A stretch of 64,000 nucleotides of DNA from the human T2T-CHM13v2.0 reference genome, Homo sapiens, in NCBI RefSeq assembly GCF_009914755.1, contig NC_060928.1, one strand, 5' to 3'. The position numbers and the translations under genes are program-made. This document shows, piece after piece, positions 13,486 to 25,072 of this stretch (position 1 is the first letter of the stretch; each line of letters begins with the position of its first letter). Below the pieces are notes generated by a model. The model was not told the DNA's origin. It did not search any database and worked only from the letters and a program-made list of their open reading frames with translations.

Positions 13486-14574
13486 CAAAATTTACTGTTA
13501 TCAGGAAATTATTATATAGCCAGAACACTTATGGTTACAATTTAATATTTTTCATAAGTGTACAGTATCCTGTTTCCTTTTCATAACAGGGCCTTAATAT
13601 GTAATACCTGTTTTCAATTTTCTGCCTTCCCCGAGTAATTTTTGGATATAGGAATGCAAAGACTTTATTAGCCTTTCTCACCTTTATGTTCTCTGTGCCT
13701 AAGACAGGGCCTCAGACTTGCTACATGTTGTTTAATTAATATTTATTTAATAAATTCATGAAATTACTTGCTGTAAAGAAAAAAATTGAACCAACTTATA
13801 TCGTTTTAATAAAACCTGTTGAATAATATTTATTTCATCTTGATCTCACTTTCAAACCTCTGTCTAATCTCATTAAAAATGGACATATATTGTCAAGCTG
13901 AGATTTTTCTAGTTCACTGTGATGCTCATAGTCATTGTTTATGCTGGAAAAAAATCTCAACATTGTGCTTATTAAACTAACAGAGCTATTACACATGCAT
14001 GTTTTTTTTCCAATCCAAATTCCAAAGAATAAGATCCCTGTGCCTATTTTCAACAGCATCTACCCTTACCCCAATCTCTTGTGGTTTTGGCTCAGTGATC
14101 TGGTATTAACTAGATATGAGCTTTCTTTTTAATAGTAATTTTAGCTGACAGCAAACTACTAGTGTGGTTACGAATTGTGTCGCTTTTGCCAACTCTTAGC
14201 TGTCAAACTATAAAAGATTTTGTTTATCATATTTCATTTTGAAGTTTTAAAGATTCTTCATAAAAGGAATATTTCTTATCAGGAATAAAAATACGTATAA
14301 TCCCATTTTGAATGTGCTGGTTAATTATTGTCATGAAATTATTGCCATATGTGCTGAACTCTTATCAAAAAGGTTCCATTTCCTTGTTGTACTTGAGCCT
14401 CTTCTCTCTGATCATCCAAAGTTTGCCATGAGGCATACTGAACATCAAGGGATAACATGCACTTACTTAGAAAACTCAAGACACTTGCACCCTGGTTCTT
14501 TTGTCACTCAGTATTCCAGCAAGTAATTGATAGCTTTGTCACAAAAGGGATAATTGAACAGTGTGTGATTAAAA

Positions 14575-14945
14575 AAAAAATTTACCAAGTGTTAGAAAGG
14601 TTAATGAAAACCAATGGATAGGTAAAACACCCCTGGGTGAAAAACAGAGAGGAACCCCCGACCACTCTTAGCTCTACTGGAATTTGGGGAAGCCAGTGAC
14701 TTTAAGATTTAGCCCAATACAAGTAGGACCATGTTGCAGCTAGCATGGAAGGAAACAGGTGAATAAATATCTTGACCTGTCTCTCTTGTGCTCTTCTGAC
14801 ATCCCGAAGTAGCCTCTCTAACCTAACCTGAAGCCAGAGATCAAGAGAGCTTGGTTTATGGAATTTATAGAGATTAATCTCTTAGAGTATGGAATAGAGT
14901 GAGGAGTGGAGAGAATATCTGGGGGAACAAACAGAGAATATCTAT
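14575..14945 (-). mobile_element. Old ERVL LTR remnant (LTR33-like)
   Basis: aacctaacctgaagccagagatcaagagagc...ggagagaatatctgggggaacaaacagagaatatc resembles the remembered LTR33 terminus. Confidence 0.45.
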
Positions 14946-15934
14946 CGTATTTACTAAGAGAGAATTTTAAAATATCACATGGTTTTGGCTCAAGTGCATG
15001 GGGATGGGCCTTATGGAGCTTAAATCTTCCTAATTCCCATTTCTAACAGGGGAAATACTCTTCTAGATATAGAGAAAAATTGAAGTCATCTTTTACTCTT
15101 CCTTCTTTGTTTCCTGTTTAAGCTATGACTAGTTTCTGTACATGTTTCTTAACAATATATAATAATGCATCTGTAATGCAAATGTATACCATTTCTACTG
15201 CCAACACGTTTCTTGACCTTACCCTCTTATATCAAATTAATTGCTTTATGATAACAAACTTTTAAGAGTGTGGTATCATTAAATCTCCATCTGCTTTGCG
15301 CAAGAACCTACCCTGGCTCTCAGCTGCTACAGATACCAAGTGTAACATCCTCTGCCTAGGCTTAGAATTTCTACAACACATTCTCAGCACATGTAACCAA
15401 CAATCTTCACTTCCTAATTATTCCTCCACATGGGTCTTTTGCTTATTGTAATGTACTCTGCACATATGGTTCTAATTTCTGCTTTGGTTGATGTTATTTC
15501 CTCCACTTTGAAAGATTAGCCCTTGGCCACTAAATCTTAAAACCCTACCTTCCTCTTAAAACCATTTCCTTTATATACTTTTCCTAACTAATCAGCCTGC
15601 CCTTATGACACTCTGTTCTTAAACTTTTATTGTATTTACTTGATTTTCTAAATACTGTCACACTCATTTGTTTTAAAATTATGTACTGTGTTATTCTTGT
15701 ACTGAGAGCAAAGAGTTTATTATTTATTTCTTTCACACACTTCACATCACCTGAGATATTTAAAGAAATAATATCTGACACATGGTAGTCTGTCAACATA
15801 TTACTTTCGAGTTAGATTGGGCACCTGACTTGTACTTATTTATTAGTTCGTTGCTTCTTTGGTTAATTTAGAGCAGCTGTGGAAGAATTAACCAACTCAC
15901 ACAAACAAGCAGTGCATACTTTTTAATGACTAAT

Positions 15935-16400
15935 TTATCTCTTAGGTATTTGCCCTAAAGGAATACATTAGGGAGAAGCTCAAAGACTTAGCTTCATGGA
16001 TGTTCTTCATGTTCTTTACAACATAAAATGTTCCTTATAAGACAAAAATTATAAATGTATTACAGCAGTAGAGGATGTTAAAGTATGTATACTCAAGCAA
16101 GTACTATATAATTCAGCTTTTAAAAATGATGTAGATGACTACACTTGGCATAACAACAATACATGACTTTTAAGTTTTGAAGCAGATAATAAATATCTTT
16201 TTATTTTGATTACTGTTTTGTGAAAATTGCTCTGTATGTTTATACACGCATGTATAAACACGTAAAAGTATGGGAGAATTTATATGGTGTTAACATTGGT
16301 TATCTGTAGTGGGTAAATTAGAGATTTTTGTTTGTTTACCTGCATTTTCAAAACTATAAATATTGCTAAACACTTTGAAAATAACTATCACAATTAAGAC
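15935..16400 (+). mobile_element. Ancient L1ME-like 3' fragment
   Basis: cttaggtatttgccctaaaggaat...ggatgttc...taacattggttatctgtagtgggt; degraded. Confidence 0.45.
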
Positions 16401-17514
16401 ATTTCCCTTAGTTATGGACTTTACAGAATTTCCATACAATGTGATCAAGTTAGCTATTTCAGTTAAAGGACTTTATTTTATTTACTGAATGACTTAGTAA
16501 ATTAACCACAGTAAATGTTTGTCAATTACAGCATATCCTGCCCTAAGCCTTGTCTGTTGATATTTAAACTACTATTTTTATGTTACAATTTGTTTGAAAA
16601 ACTTGTCAAAATATAAAATTTATATAATGTCAAATAAGAAAATGTTAATAAAAATTTCATCCAGAAGTAGCTGTTTCACATATACAAAAAGGACAACAAA
16701 GGATAGCATTACTTGGAGTTTTTAAATTACAAAATGTGATAGCTTAAGATTTCAAGGAGGTAGCATTTATGCTAGTGCGTTGCTTGAATTCAACTTATAT
16801 GGCACATGTACAATTCAAGATCTTAAGTAGAACCTGAAGATATAGAACTAAACAGGAGTTATACATACACACACAAATACACATGTGGATAAAATGAATA
16901 TTAGATGCTATGTTCTAAAACTGAGATAAATCACAAAATGAATTACTTCACAAAGTCATTTCAGTAAGTAGAATAAATTCTTAATTGAAACAATTATTTT
17001 TACCACATTATGTAGAAACCATATAGATTAAATGTATGTAATAAAAGGTCTTTATTACAATGAGTATCTTCAAAGTATCTAGCAATTTTTTAAAAATTAC
17101 TTCAAAGGTAGGGAAACAAAATGGGAAATGGGATCTATAGGCCAGAGAAAACTAGATATGATAAAAAGCAGGAAAAGGTACTTCCTGGAGGAGGAGAACA
17201 AAGGCAATTCCTCCAACACCTCACCTTGTAAGGCATGGGGGGAGAGGAATACTTCTAACGTACAATTTCTTGGGTTTTGGTTGGAGAGCGCTATGCTTTA
17301 TCAGTCTAAGCCCAGAAGGAGGGAAATGGCTGAGGACTATAATTTTCTGTGCCAAACCAAGTAGGTTGAAAATTGAGTAAAATACTACTTTAGCTAAATA
17401 TTACTATTTTTTGAGCTGGGAAAAATGGACAATATAATACAGTGGACAGGAGCATGGGCTTTTGAGTTCAGCACACTTAGTTTTTAACACTGGCTTCATT
17501 ATGTTAACAGTTCC

Positions 17515-18960
17515 CATTCACTCAACAATACACATTTTTAGCCGTTAACTATATGCCAGGCAAAATGCTTGGCATTGGTAGTAAATTAGGGAGCAAAACA
17601 CATATTATTTTTCCCTTACAGTTTAACGAGGGAGATGGACTTTAATCAATTCATCTTACAAATAACATAACTACATACAATGGTAAATCAGTCCAGGAAA
17701 AATTCAAGAATCTATGCAAGTATATTTTAGATGTAGACAATCTTAAAAATGGTATAAAATTGCCAGGGAAAGAATGTTGTCCTAAGGTAGATGGGAGCAT
17801 GCTGCCATTTATAGAAGGGTAGTTGCTGGATGATAGAAAGCCATAGAAAGCAAAGAAGTGTAAGAGCAGAAACAAAAAAACCAAACATCGCATGTTCTCA
17901 CTCATAGCTGGGAATTGAACAGTGAGAACACTTGGACACAGGAAGGGGGACATCACACACCGGGGCCTGTTGTGGGGTGGGGGGATGGGGGAGGGATAGC
18001 ATTAGGAGATATACCTAATGTAAATGACAAGTTAATGGGTGCAGCACACCAACATGGCACATGTATACATATGTAACAAACCTGCACGTTGTGCACATGT
18101 ACCCTAGAACTTAAAGTATAATAATAATAATAATAAAAGAAAGATGTCAGAATATTCTGGAGAATTCAGTGAAGAGGCATTTGAAAAATTTCAGACAAGA
18201 GATAATAGTTGCCTGAAATTAGAGAGTGGTAGTAGTAGAGATACATAGTAGAGATAATGATTTCTATATTTCTGGCTTTTGCAACTGCATAGAAGAGGGT
18301 GACAGTCACTGAGCTGGGGAATACATAATGAGAGCCAGATTTACTTGCATTTTAATTTGACTAAGTTGAGTTTAAGACATCTTTGAGATAAGTGGAAATG
18401 TCAAATAAGCTTTTGAATGTATCTGAAGCTCAGAGTGTCCTAGATTAGAAATATTACTCCGATATTCATTGGCTTACAGTTGGTTATTGAAATCATAGGC
18501 CTGGATGAGATAGCCTGGAGAAAGAGAGTACTAGAGTCAGAAGAGAAGAAATTATTGGATAAATCTTTTTAAAAACTCTAATATTTAAAGGTCAATTAGA
18601 GTCAGCAAAAGACATTCAGACAACAGAGAAATTAGGGAAAAACCTAGAGAAAACAAAGAAACAAAGGAAAGAAGGTGCTTCAAGGAAAGAGTGGTCAATA
18701 GTGATGAACACTTCTAGAAAGTCAAGTCACTGAAAAGTGAACATTATCAAACATGCAGCTTGTGAGTCATGTAAGTGGAATGCTGGGTGCATCAACCAGG
18801 CTGCAGTGGGTACAGTGAAGAAATAGATTCAGTATAGACAGTAGGCAAACAAAAAAATAGAATAGCGGGAAGTCAAAGTACTTTTTTTAATGACACAGAC
18901 TTTTAAGTATATCTCAGCACTGAATGAAATGATCCACTAAAGAGAGAAATTTAAAGATAG
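17515..18960 (-). mobile_element. L2 LINE, interrupted by a younger L1PA 3' end
   Basis: cattcactcaacaa...tatgccaggcaaaatgct (L2 tail, antisense), resuming after 18140 with gttgagtttaagacatct...ggatgagatagcctggaga...tcaaggaaagagtggtcaa. Confidence 0.7.
17870..18138 (+). mobile_element. Young L1PA (about L1PA3-5) 3' UTR, 5'-truncated, with (TAA)n tail
   Basis: Close to consensus: catgttctcactcata...ggggtggggggatgggggagggatagcattaggagatatacctaatg...ctagaacttaaagtataataat. Confidence 0.95.
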
Positions 18961-18969
18961 AGAAAGGAT

Positions 18970-19315
18970 AGCTGGGCGTGGTGGCTCATGCCTGTAATCC
19001 CAGCATTTTGGGAAGCCGAGGCAGGTGGATCACCTGAGGTCAGGAGTTCGAGACTAGCCTGGCCAACATGGTGAAACCCCATCTCTACTGAAAATACAAA
19101 AATTGGCCGGGTGTGCTGGCAGATGCCTGTAATCCCAGCTACTCAGGAGGCTGAGGCAGTGGAATTCTTGAACCCGGAAGGCAGAGGTTGCAGCGAGCCA
19201 AGATCATGCCATTACAATCCCACCTGGGTGACAAGAGCAAAACTCCATCTCAAAAAACAAACAAAAAAAAAAAAGAAAAGGAAAAGAAAGAAAAGGAAAG
19301 AAAGAGAAGAGAGAA
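18970..19315 (+). mobile_element. AluSx-like with (GAAA)-rich tail
   Basis: ggatcacctgaggtcaggagttcgagactagcctggccaacatggtgaaacccc; A/GA-rich tail from 19252. Confidence 0.95.
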
Positions 19316-19359
19316 GAGATAATCAAGAGAAGGCTTATCACAACTATGTCTAAGTCTAC

Positions 19360-19495
19360 CTTGTTTTCACAGCTATAAAATGGGGAAAAGAATATCTACC
19401 TCATAAGATTATACTACCAATTAAATAATATGGTGCGGGTAGAATGCTTAGTAAAATTTCTGGCACACAGAATGTGTTTAATAAATTGGTGCTTA
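19360..19495 (+). mobile_element. MIR SINE fragment
   Basis: ctataaaatgggga...tctacctcataagatt...gcttagtaaaatttctggcacacag...ataaat. Confidence 0.6.
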
Positions 19496-19740
19496 AGATG
19501 AATCTAGCAGCTAACATACATATTAGTCTTATACATATTAGATGCTCAACAAGTATTCGTTAAATCTTGAGTGAACATGATTCTGGCACATAATTTTTGA
19601 TTATTGGGAATATAAAAGATTCTGATGCATCTTACTGTATACTGGGTTATAGCTACACCTTGGATATTCACTGATTATAATGATGATATATGATGTTTGC
19701 TCTCTGATGATGTTGATGTTTTGGGTATTTGTTTTCACAG

Positions 19741-19828
19741 GGTACTATTTTTCTGCCTGGAAATAAAGTTTCTGAGCATCCCTGCAATGAAGAGAACCCA
19801 GGGAAGTTCCTTTTTGAAGTAGTTCCAG
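19741..19828 (+). CDS. ARHGAP24: Internal coding exon (88 nt, phase 0 to phase 1) of Rho GTPase-activating protein 24 / FilGAP, PH-domain segment; probably exon 3 of the long isoform
   Basis: Seen: acceptor ...gttttcacag|GGT at 19740/19741 and donor CCAG|gtaaga at 19828/19829; open frame GTIFLPGNKVSEHPCNEENPGKFLFEVVP(G). Recognised from memory as the ARHGAP22/24/25-family PH segment, specifically ARHGAP24. The exon number is recalled, not verified. Confidence 0.93.
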
Positions 19829-20323
19829 GTAAGATATTTTCCTAGTCTGATTAAATTATTGTCATCCTGTGTTGGTAAAGGTGAAGATGGGTCAGACAGG
19901 TTTCATTCTTTTTTGAATCATGACTGAGAACCTTAATTTGAGGCTTGGTTAGTGTTGACGCAGATAATGACTGCAGGTTTATATACTAGTACAAATGAAT
20001 GCACTCACACACACATACTCTGACCACATAACTACTAGATTTTCATTTGTCCATGAGACTCCATAGTTGACCACAAGTCATGATACAGTATTTGTTCAGG
20101 ACTATTGGAGATGAATTTGATTTTACAGCGCTCTTGTGATGTGAAATTTGACAAGGGGTTATAGGTTGAATGCTTTGCCCAGTGGAATCACTGACATATT
20201 TCCTCACAAAATTGTATCTTCAAGGAGGTTTTGCAAAAAACAAAAAAAAAAACAAAAAACAAACAAACAAAAAAAAACAACTCTTACTACTTAATACTTG
20301 TAATACTGACCAAGTATTACAGT

Positions 20324-20389
20324 TCTGTACCTCAGCTTTGCTCCCAACCAACCACTTCCACATGTTTTGCTGGTAGAGCTGAGGACAGC
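20324..20389 (+). ncRNA. MIR4451: Intronic microRNA hairpin, pre-miR-4451; mature 3' arm UGGUAGAGCUGAGGACA at 20371-20387
   Basis: Seen: 5' arm CTGTACCTCAGCTTTGC pairs with 3' arm GTAGAGCTGAGGACAG around a large loop. The mature sequence and the intronic location in ARHGAP24 match my recollection of miRBase hsa-mir-4451. Confidence 0.8.
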
Positions 20390-23300
20390 TCTGCCAAGAC
20401 ATCAAATCCCTCAGTTAAACTTTTGAAACATCCTTTCGTTTTTCCTAGTCATCTGTATTCATTCCTCTTAGTGAACCTGATCTCCACTAAAGTCTTTGAC
20501 TAACCCAGCAACAATTCCTCCAAGGCCATGTTGTCTACCTCTTTGATCAATTCTTCAACCTTTCCTTATCCCTCAATGTAAGAAAAAGGGAGGTAGGAAT
20601 CTGGCTCCGGCTGACCGTTTATGTAATATTGATATTGATTTGATCACAGTCTAGGGTGGATGTGAATTTATTTGGGTAAGTAATGTGGAGTTCTTATCAA
20701 TAATGCAGTCAATAAAATGTATTTTTCCTATATTTATATTAAATGCTGGGAATCTAAAATGGAAAAGCATATTTTCCCCTCGATGAAAACAGCTGTGGCA
20801 CTAAGTTCATCTGGCTCATGATGGAATCCATGACTAAATGTGAATTAATGCAGCTGAAGTGCAGAAAGGTTAGTCAGATGCAATGTGTTATTTGTTTCCC
20901 TCCAGGGAGAACATATTTTAAGAAACCTGAATCTTATTTGCCTTATTAAAATCCTTTTATTCTTACTTCTTAGTGGAATACCCTGTATAGAACCAGATTC
21001 CAGATGTTACAAAGTCTTTGAAGTATCAGTAGAGGAAACGTCTTTTCCGATTTATTCTCAGACAATAGCGCATGTTGGCTTTTAAATCAGCGTGGTATTG
21101 AACTGATGGTTGACTCTTTATCTCCAATAATGCTAGAGGTCTACTTTTCCATTCAGTCTGCTAGCTGCAAGGAGGTTTCATCTTTTGGTGAAGAAGTTCT
21201 CAAGTAATATAGACGGATATTTTCAATACTGTTTTAGAGAGAGCCATGTCTTCAAGACCAGGAAGTAACAGATAAAACCTCTTCTCCAACATTGCTATTC
21301 TAAATCATCTGTTTCACATGCAGTGCGTATGACATAATGGCTTTTGATGAACAAAGCCTAAGAAGTTTAAGACTGTGTAATATGGAATATGAAGGTTGTC
21401 CTTTCAAACAAATTTATAGGAAATTCAAGCTTGCTTCTGTAATTATGGACTTAAATATAGTATGTGAGTAGATCATTTGAAAAGATGCTTCCTGAATTAT
21501 TAATACAGTATGTAATAGCTGCTAAATTAGGTTTTATAATTCTAAATCATCTTACGGAGTGTGAAGAGAAGTGTTCCAAATGTATCTTTGAAGACAGAGC
21601 TGGAAAGACAAAGCACTACATTGAGAATCCAGTGTCTGTGTCATTCATCCTGGTCACTGGGGCTTTACTGGTGTGCCCTTGACATCAGGATGGCATTTCT
21701 AGGCAAATGCTTTTGTACTTCTGTGATAATGTGGGATCTGTATCAGGTTATTTTCATCAATATTTGCATTATTGGGGTTATTTAGGGATAACATAACAAT
21801 TACTTTATCTTTGCAAATGGGAATGACAAGATAATATTTTTCAATTTTTTCAATGGTGTAATTGTTTAACATGATAATTTGGGATGTTACAACAGAGTGT
21901 TTTTATTTGTCAGAATGCATAGGAGGCAGCAAGGATTGCAGAAATGTGGTTGGTAATGTGTATAGAACCCTCGGCAGGCCGTGGGCCTACCTGGCAGCAG
22001 ATCCTCATAAAGCATATTTATTCTAGATTGGCTTTCTCTATAAAATTCTTTCAATTGCCACTTCTGAAAATCTATCATAAAGATGATGCTTACAAACCCA
22101 ACAAGTGTCTATCTTTACGGATAGCTAACTCAAGCCTAACTCTCCAGAGTTTATGAGTGAGTAGGAGAGGATTACATATTTTAATTTCATCTGCCCATAA
22201 TGATTTCCAACAAAACTAACAAAAGCCTCTAGCAAGCTCTTTGCCATATATTTTAGCACTATATGCATACGTACACATTTGTGTGTGTGTTACGAATACA
22301 GTTTATCCATATGTGCACTGTATGTCCTTATAATTTTTCCATGTGTATATATATATATATATATAGGAATTTTTATTTTGTTTTATTTTTGCTTTTGCTT
22401 TATGCTGAAATATCCCATGAAACCAAGGAAAATCATATTAAAAAAACAAGAATTTTCAATAAAATTGAGCGTCTCAGGTCTTTGTGTATTACTTATTTAT
22501 ATTTGTTTACAAATTATATTTGTATGCATATTTTAGGCTTTTGTAAAAACCTATCTGAAAATAAATCTACCATGTTTTAGGGTTGATTTCCTATAGATTC
22601 ATTATCCTATGAAATGAATTATCTCTCTGAATAATGCCATGAGTTATAGATTTTTCGCTCCAAATTTTTCCTATTTCTCTACTTGTTATTCAAAGGGATA
22701 TCAGCCAAATTGGCAAATTTGAAGTCTTCTCTTTCAGACATGCCAAATTTTAGACTGAAGTGAACTATTATGGCCAAAGTCCAAGCTTTTGGGAAATGTG
22801 GTTGAGAAAGAAAGATTGGCAAATCTTTAATGAACAGTTCTTGAAGAAAGAACATGCAGTTGGTTTCTGCTTCTCTAAATGTGTTCTAGTTGAATTTTCC
22901 TTGAAATGTTTTAAAAAAATAAAGAGTAGTTATTGGAATAATGATGCCTTAGCTTTCTTAGGAAAGAAGTTTCTCAGAGAAAAAAATAAAATGACAAAGA
23001 AACAGACAAGAAATAGGCAAAACAAGACAAAGGAGGACTATATGTATCTCCATATATTTAGAAACCACATCTTTCTTGCTTTTTACTGTATACCTAACAC
23101 CTGGAAATAGCACAGTATAACATATGGTGCTAAACAAATATTTCTTGAAGTGCATATATTTACCAGGCTTATGGAAGAATCTCAGTCATATGAAACTGCC
23201 CCCACTCTGCTATGTTGAACTATTTCCTGTTGCATAGGACCTTTTCTCCCCTGTTCCCGCAAAGACCTCTTTGTCACTCTAGTGGCAAAAGTGAAGAGAA

Positions 23301-24144
23301 ACTCCTTACATGTTTCCTTTCCTACTTTTCTGCCTTCCTTTCTGATGATGAGACCAAGAGACGGATGGAAGAAGGTAGAGATCTTCCTACACAGATGATA
23401 CTGCTGGGGCATAGCCCCTTCACACTGACTGGTCGTTACAGACTTTCCTCTCTAAAGGCTGAATCTTTCACAGATGCATTTGTGGATTTTTCAGGGTCTC
23501 TGGAATTAGAAATCCACTTCACATGCTAGTATTCTCCCAGCATTGGGATAGTCCTGTTGGATGGGATACAGCGAAAGGCCTCAAAGGCCAGCTGCTTGCT
23601 TTGTGTTTATTCAGCAACTAGGAAACTCATGTACCCTGGCCTGCAACGTAAGGGAAATGCAGGCTGTTCCACTGTTGCTGCCTCCTTTGGCTTGTCACTT
23701 TCTCCAGGGGTTATCAGCTTCAGTGCCCAGCAAGGTCAGTGGCTTGCCAAGCTTCAGAGGCCATCATGAGTCCCTGACTTAGAGAAGGAGTGAGTCACTG
23801 TTCTAACACACATCAAAATTTACCAGCAATACTCTTGTTCTGATAGTTGGGAGAATTCCTAGTCCTCCCCCTCAAAAAACAGTGCTGATTTTGAAAACTG
23901 CTTCCTCCAAGTAGCACTTCCTCTTTTCTAGTTTCCCCCTCAAAACAGTCAGGGCCATTTGGGTTCTCAGAAGTGCAATGCTTTCTCTCAGTAAACCTGG
24001 CAGAGAAGTGGCTAGGTGCAATTTCCATCGGTCTTTTCAGCTTAGAATGTGGAGTTTTAGCCTCTTTTGGGGGGTGGGGGGTGGACCTTAGCTGCAGTTC
24101 CTGGATAATGGGGATAAAACGTTTTATTTACATCTATCTATAAT

Positions 24145-24520
24145 CTTAGATTGGATTCCAGGAAACACGCTGATGGAGAATGACATTAGATTGTCATGGG
24201 AAAGGTTCTCCGAAGATATTTTTTCTGCAAGAAAGTGAGGAAAGCAGGATGCGACAGGAACACCTGCCCTGCAACGCTGTAGCAACTGAAGTCTTAGCTG
24301 ATCCAGTGGGGTCCCCTGAGGCTGTGATCCCTCTCAAGTGTGCTTCAAACTGAGGGGCTGGGGCTTTGTTTCCTCTTGCTAACTAGTCATTGATTGGGAG
24401 CAGGAAGACAGATAAACTTGGGTGAAGCTGTTCCTGCTGCGTTGTAGAACAATTCCCATGAGAATCTCTTTGTGCCTTCAGCAACCAATATACCAGTCTT
24501 TGGGATCTAGAGAGAGTACT
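24145..24520. mobile_element. Old ERVL-class LTR remnant (LTR16-like)
   Basis: gtgaggaaagcaggatg...agctgatccagtggggtcccctgaggctg...ggggctgggctttg...agtcattgattggg; family assignment tentative. Confidence 0.35.
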
Positions 24521-24559
24521 ACAGTATCCGTTATAATGTCTGTAGCCTTATCAGTATCT

Positions 24560-24720
24560 AGACATCTGTATTCCAGGCAATGTTCCAGGCTGTTTGCACG
24601 TATCGCTTTATTTAATCCTTACTACAACTCTATGAGGCAAGCAATGTCATTATCTTTATTCTGCAAACGACAGATCTGAGGCACAGAGAAGTAATTTGAT
24701 CCAGGTTAAAAAGCTAACAC
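24560..24720 (-). mobile_element. MIR SINE
   Basis: ccaggcaatgttcc...tttaatccttactacaactctatgagg...ctgaggcacagagaagtaatttg. Confidence 0.7.
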
Positions 24721-24722
24721 TG

Positions 24723-25072
24723 GGCCAGGCGCTGTGGCTCACGCCTGTAATCCCAAAATTTTGGGAGGCCGAGGTAGGGGTATCACCTGAGGTGATCCTG
24801 AGGTTGGGGCTTGGATCCAAGGTGGGGGGATCCTGAGGTTGGGACTTGGAGACCAGCCTGACCAACATGGAGAAACCCCGTTTCAATAGAATATTAAAAC
24901 ACAAAATTAGCTGGGCGTGTTGGTGGGCGCCTATAATCCCAGCTACTCAGGAGGCTGAGGCAGGAGAATCCCTTGAACCCAGGAGGCGGAGGTTGTGGTG
25001 AGCAGAGATCTCACCATTGCACTCCAGCCTGGGTGACAGAGTGAGACTCCATCTCAAAAAATAAAGTAAAAA
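24723..25072 (+). mobile_element. AluS with an internal duplication in the left arm
   Basis: Alu start ggccaggcgctgtggctcacgcc; extra sequence at about 24794-24850 where the B-box normally lies; normal right arm and A tail. Confidence 0.92.

Larger units (their letters stand above)
1..19740 (+). other. ARHGAP24: Intron upstream of the coding exon (3' part of a long ARHGAP24 intron)
   Basis: No other coding exon recognised; repeat-rich; ends in canonical CAG at 19738-19740. Confidence 0.8.

Noticed and set aside
17971-17995. G-quadruplex-like run
   Set aside because: Standard G-rich tract of the L1PA 3' UTR.
19680-19710. ATGATGA ... CTGA resembling snoRNA C and D boxes
   Set aside because: The boxes are only about 20 nt apart with no terminal stem; this is part of a TGA-rich low-complexity tract.
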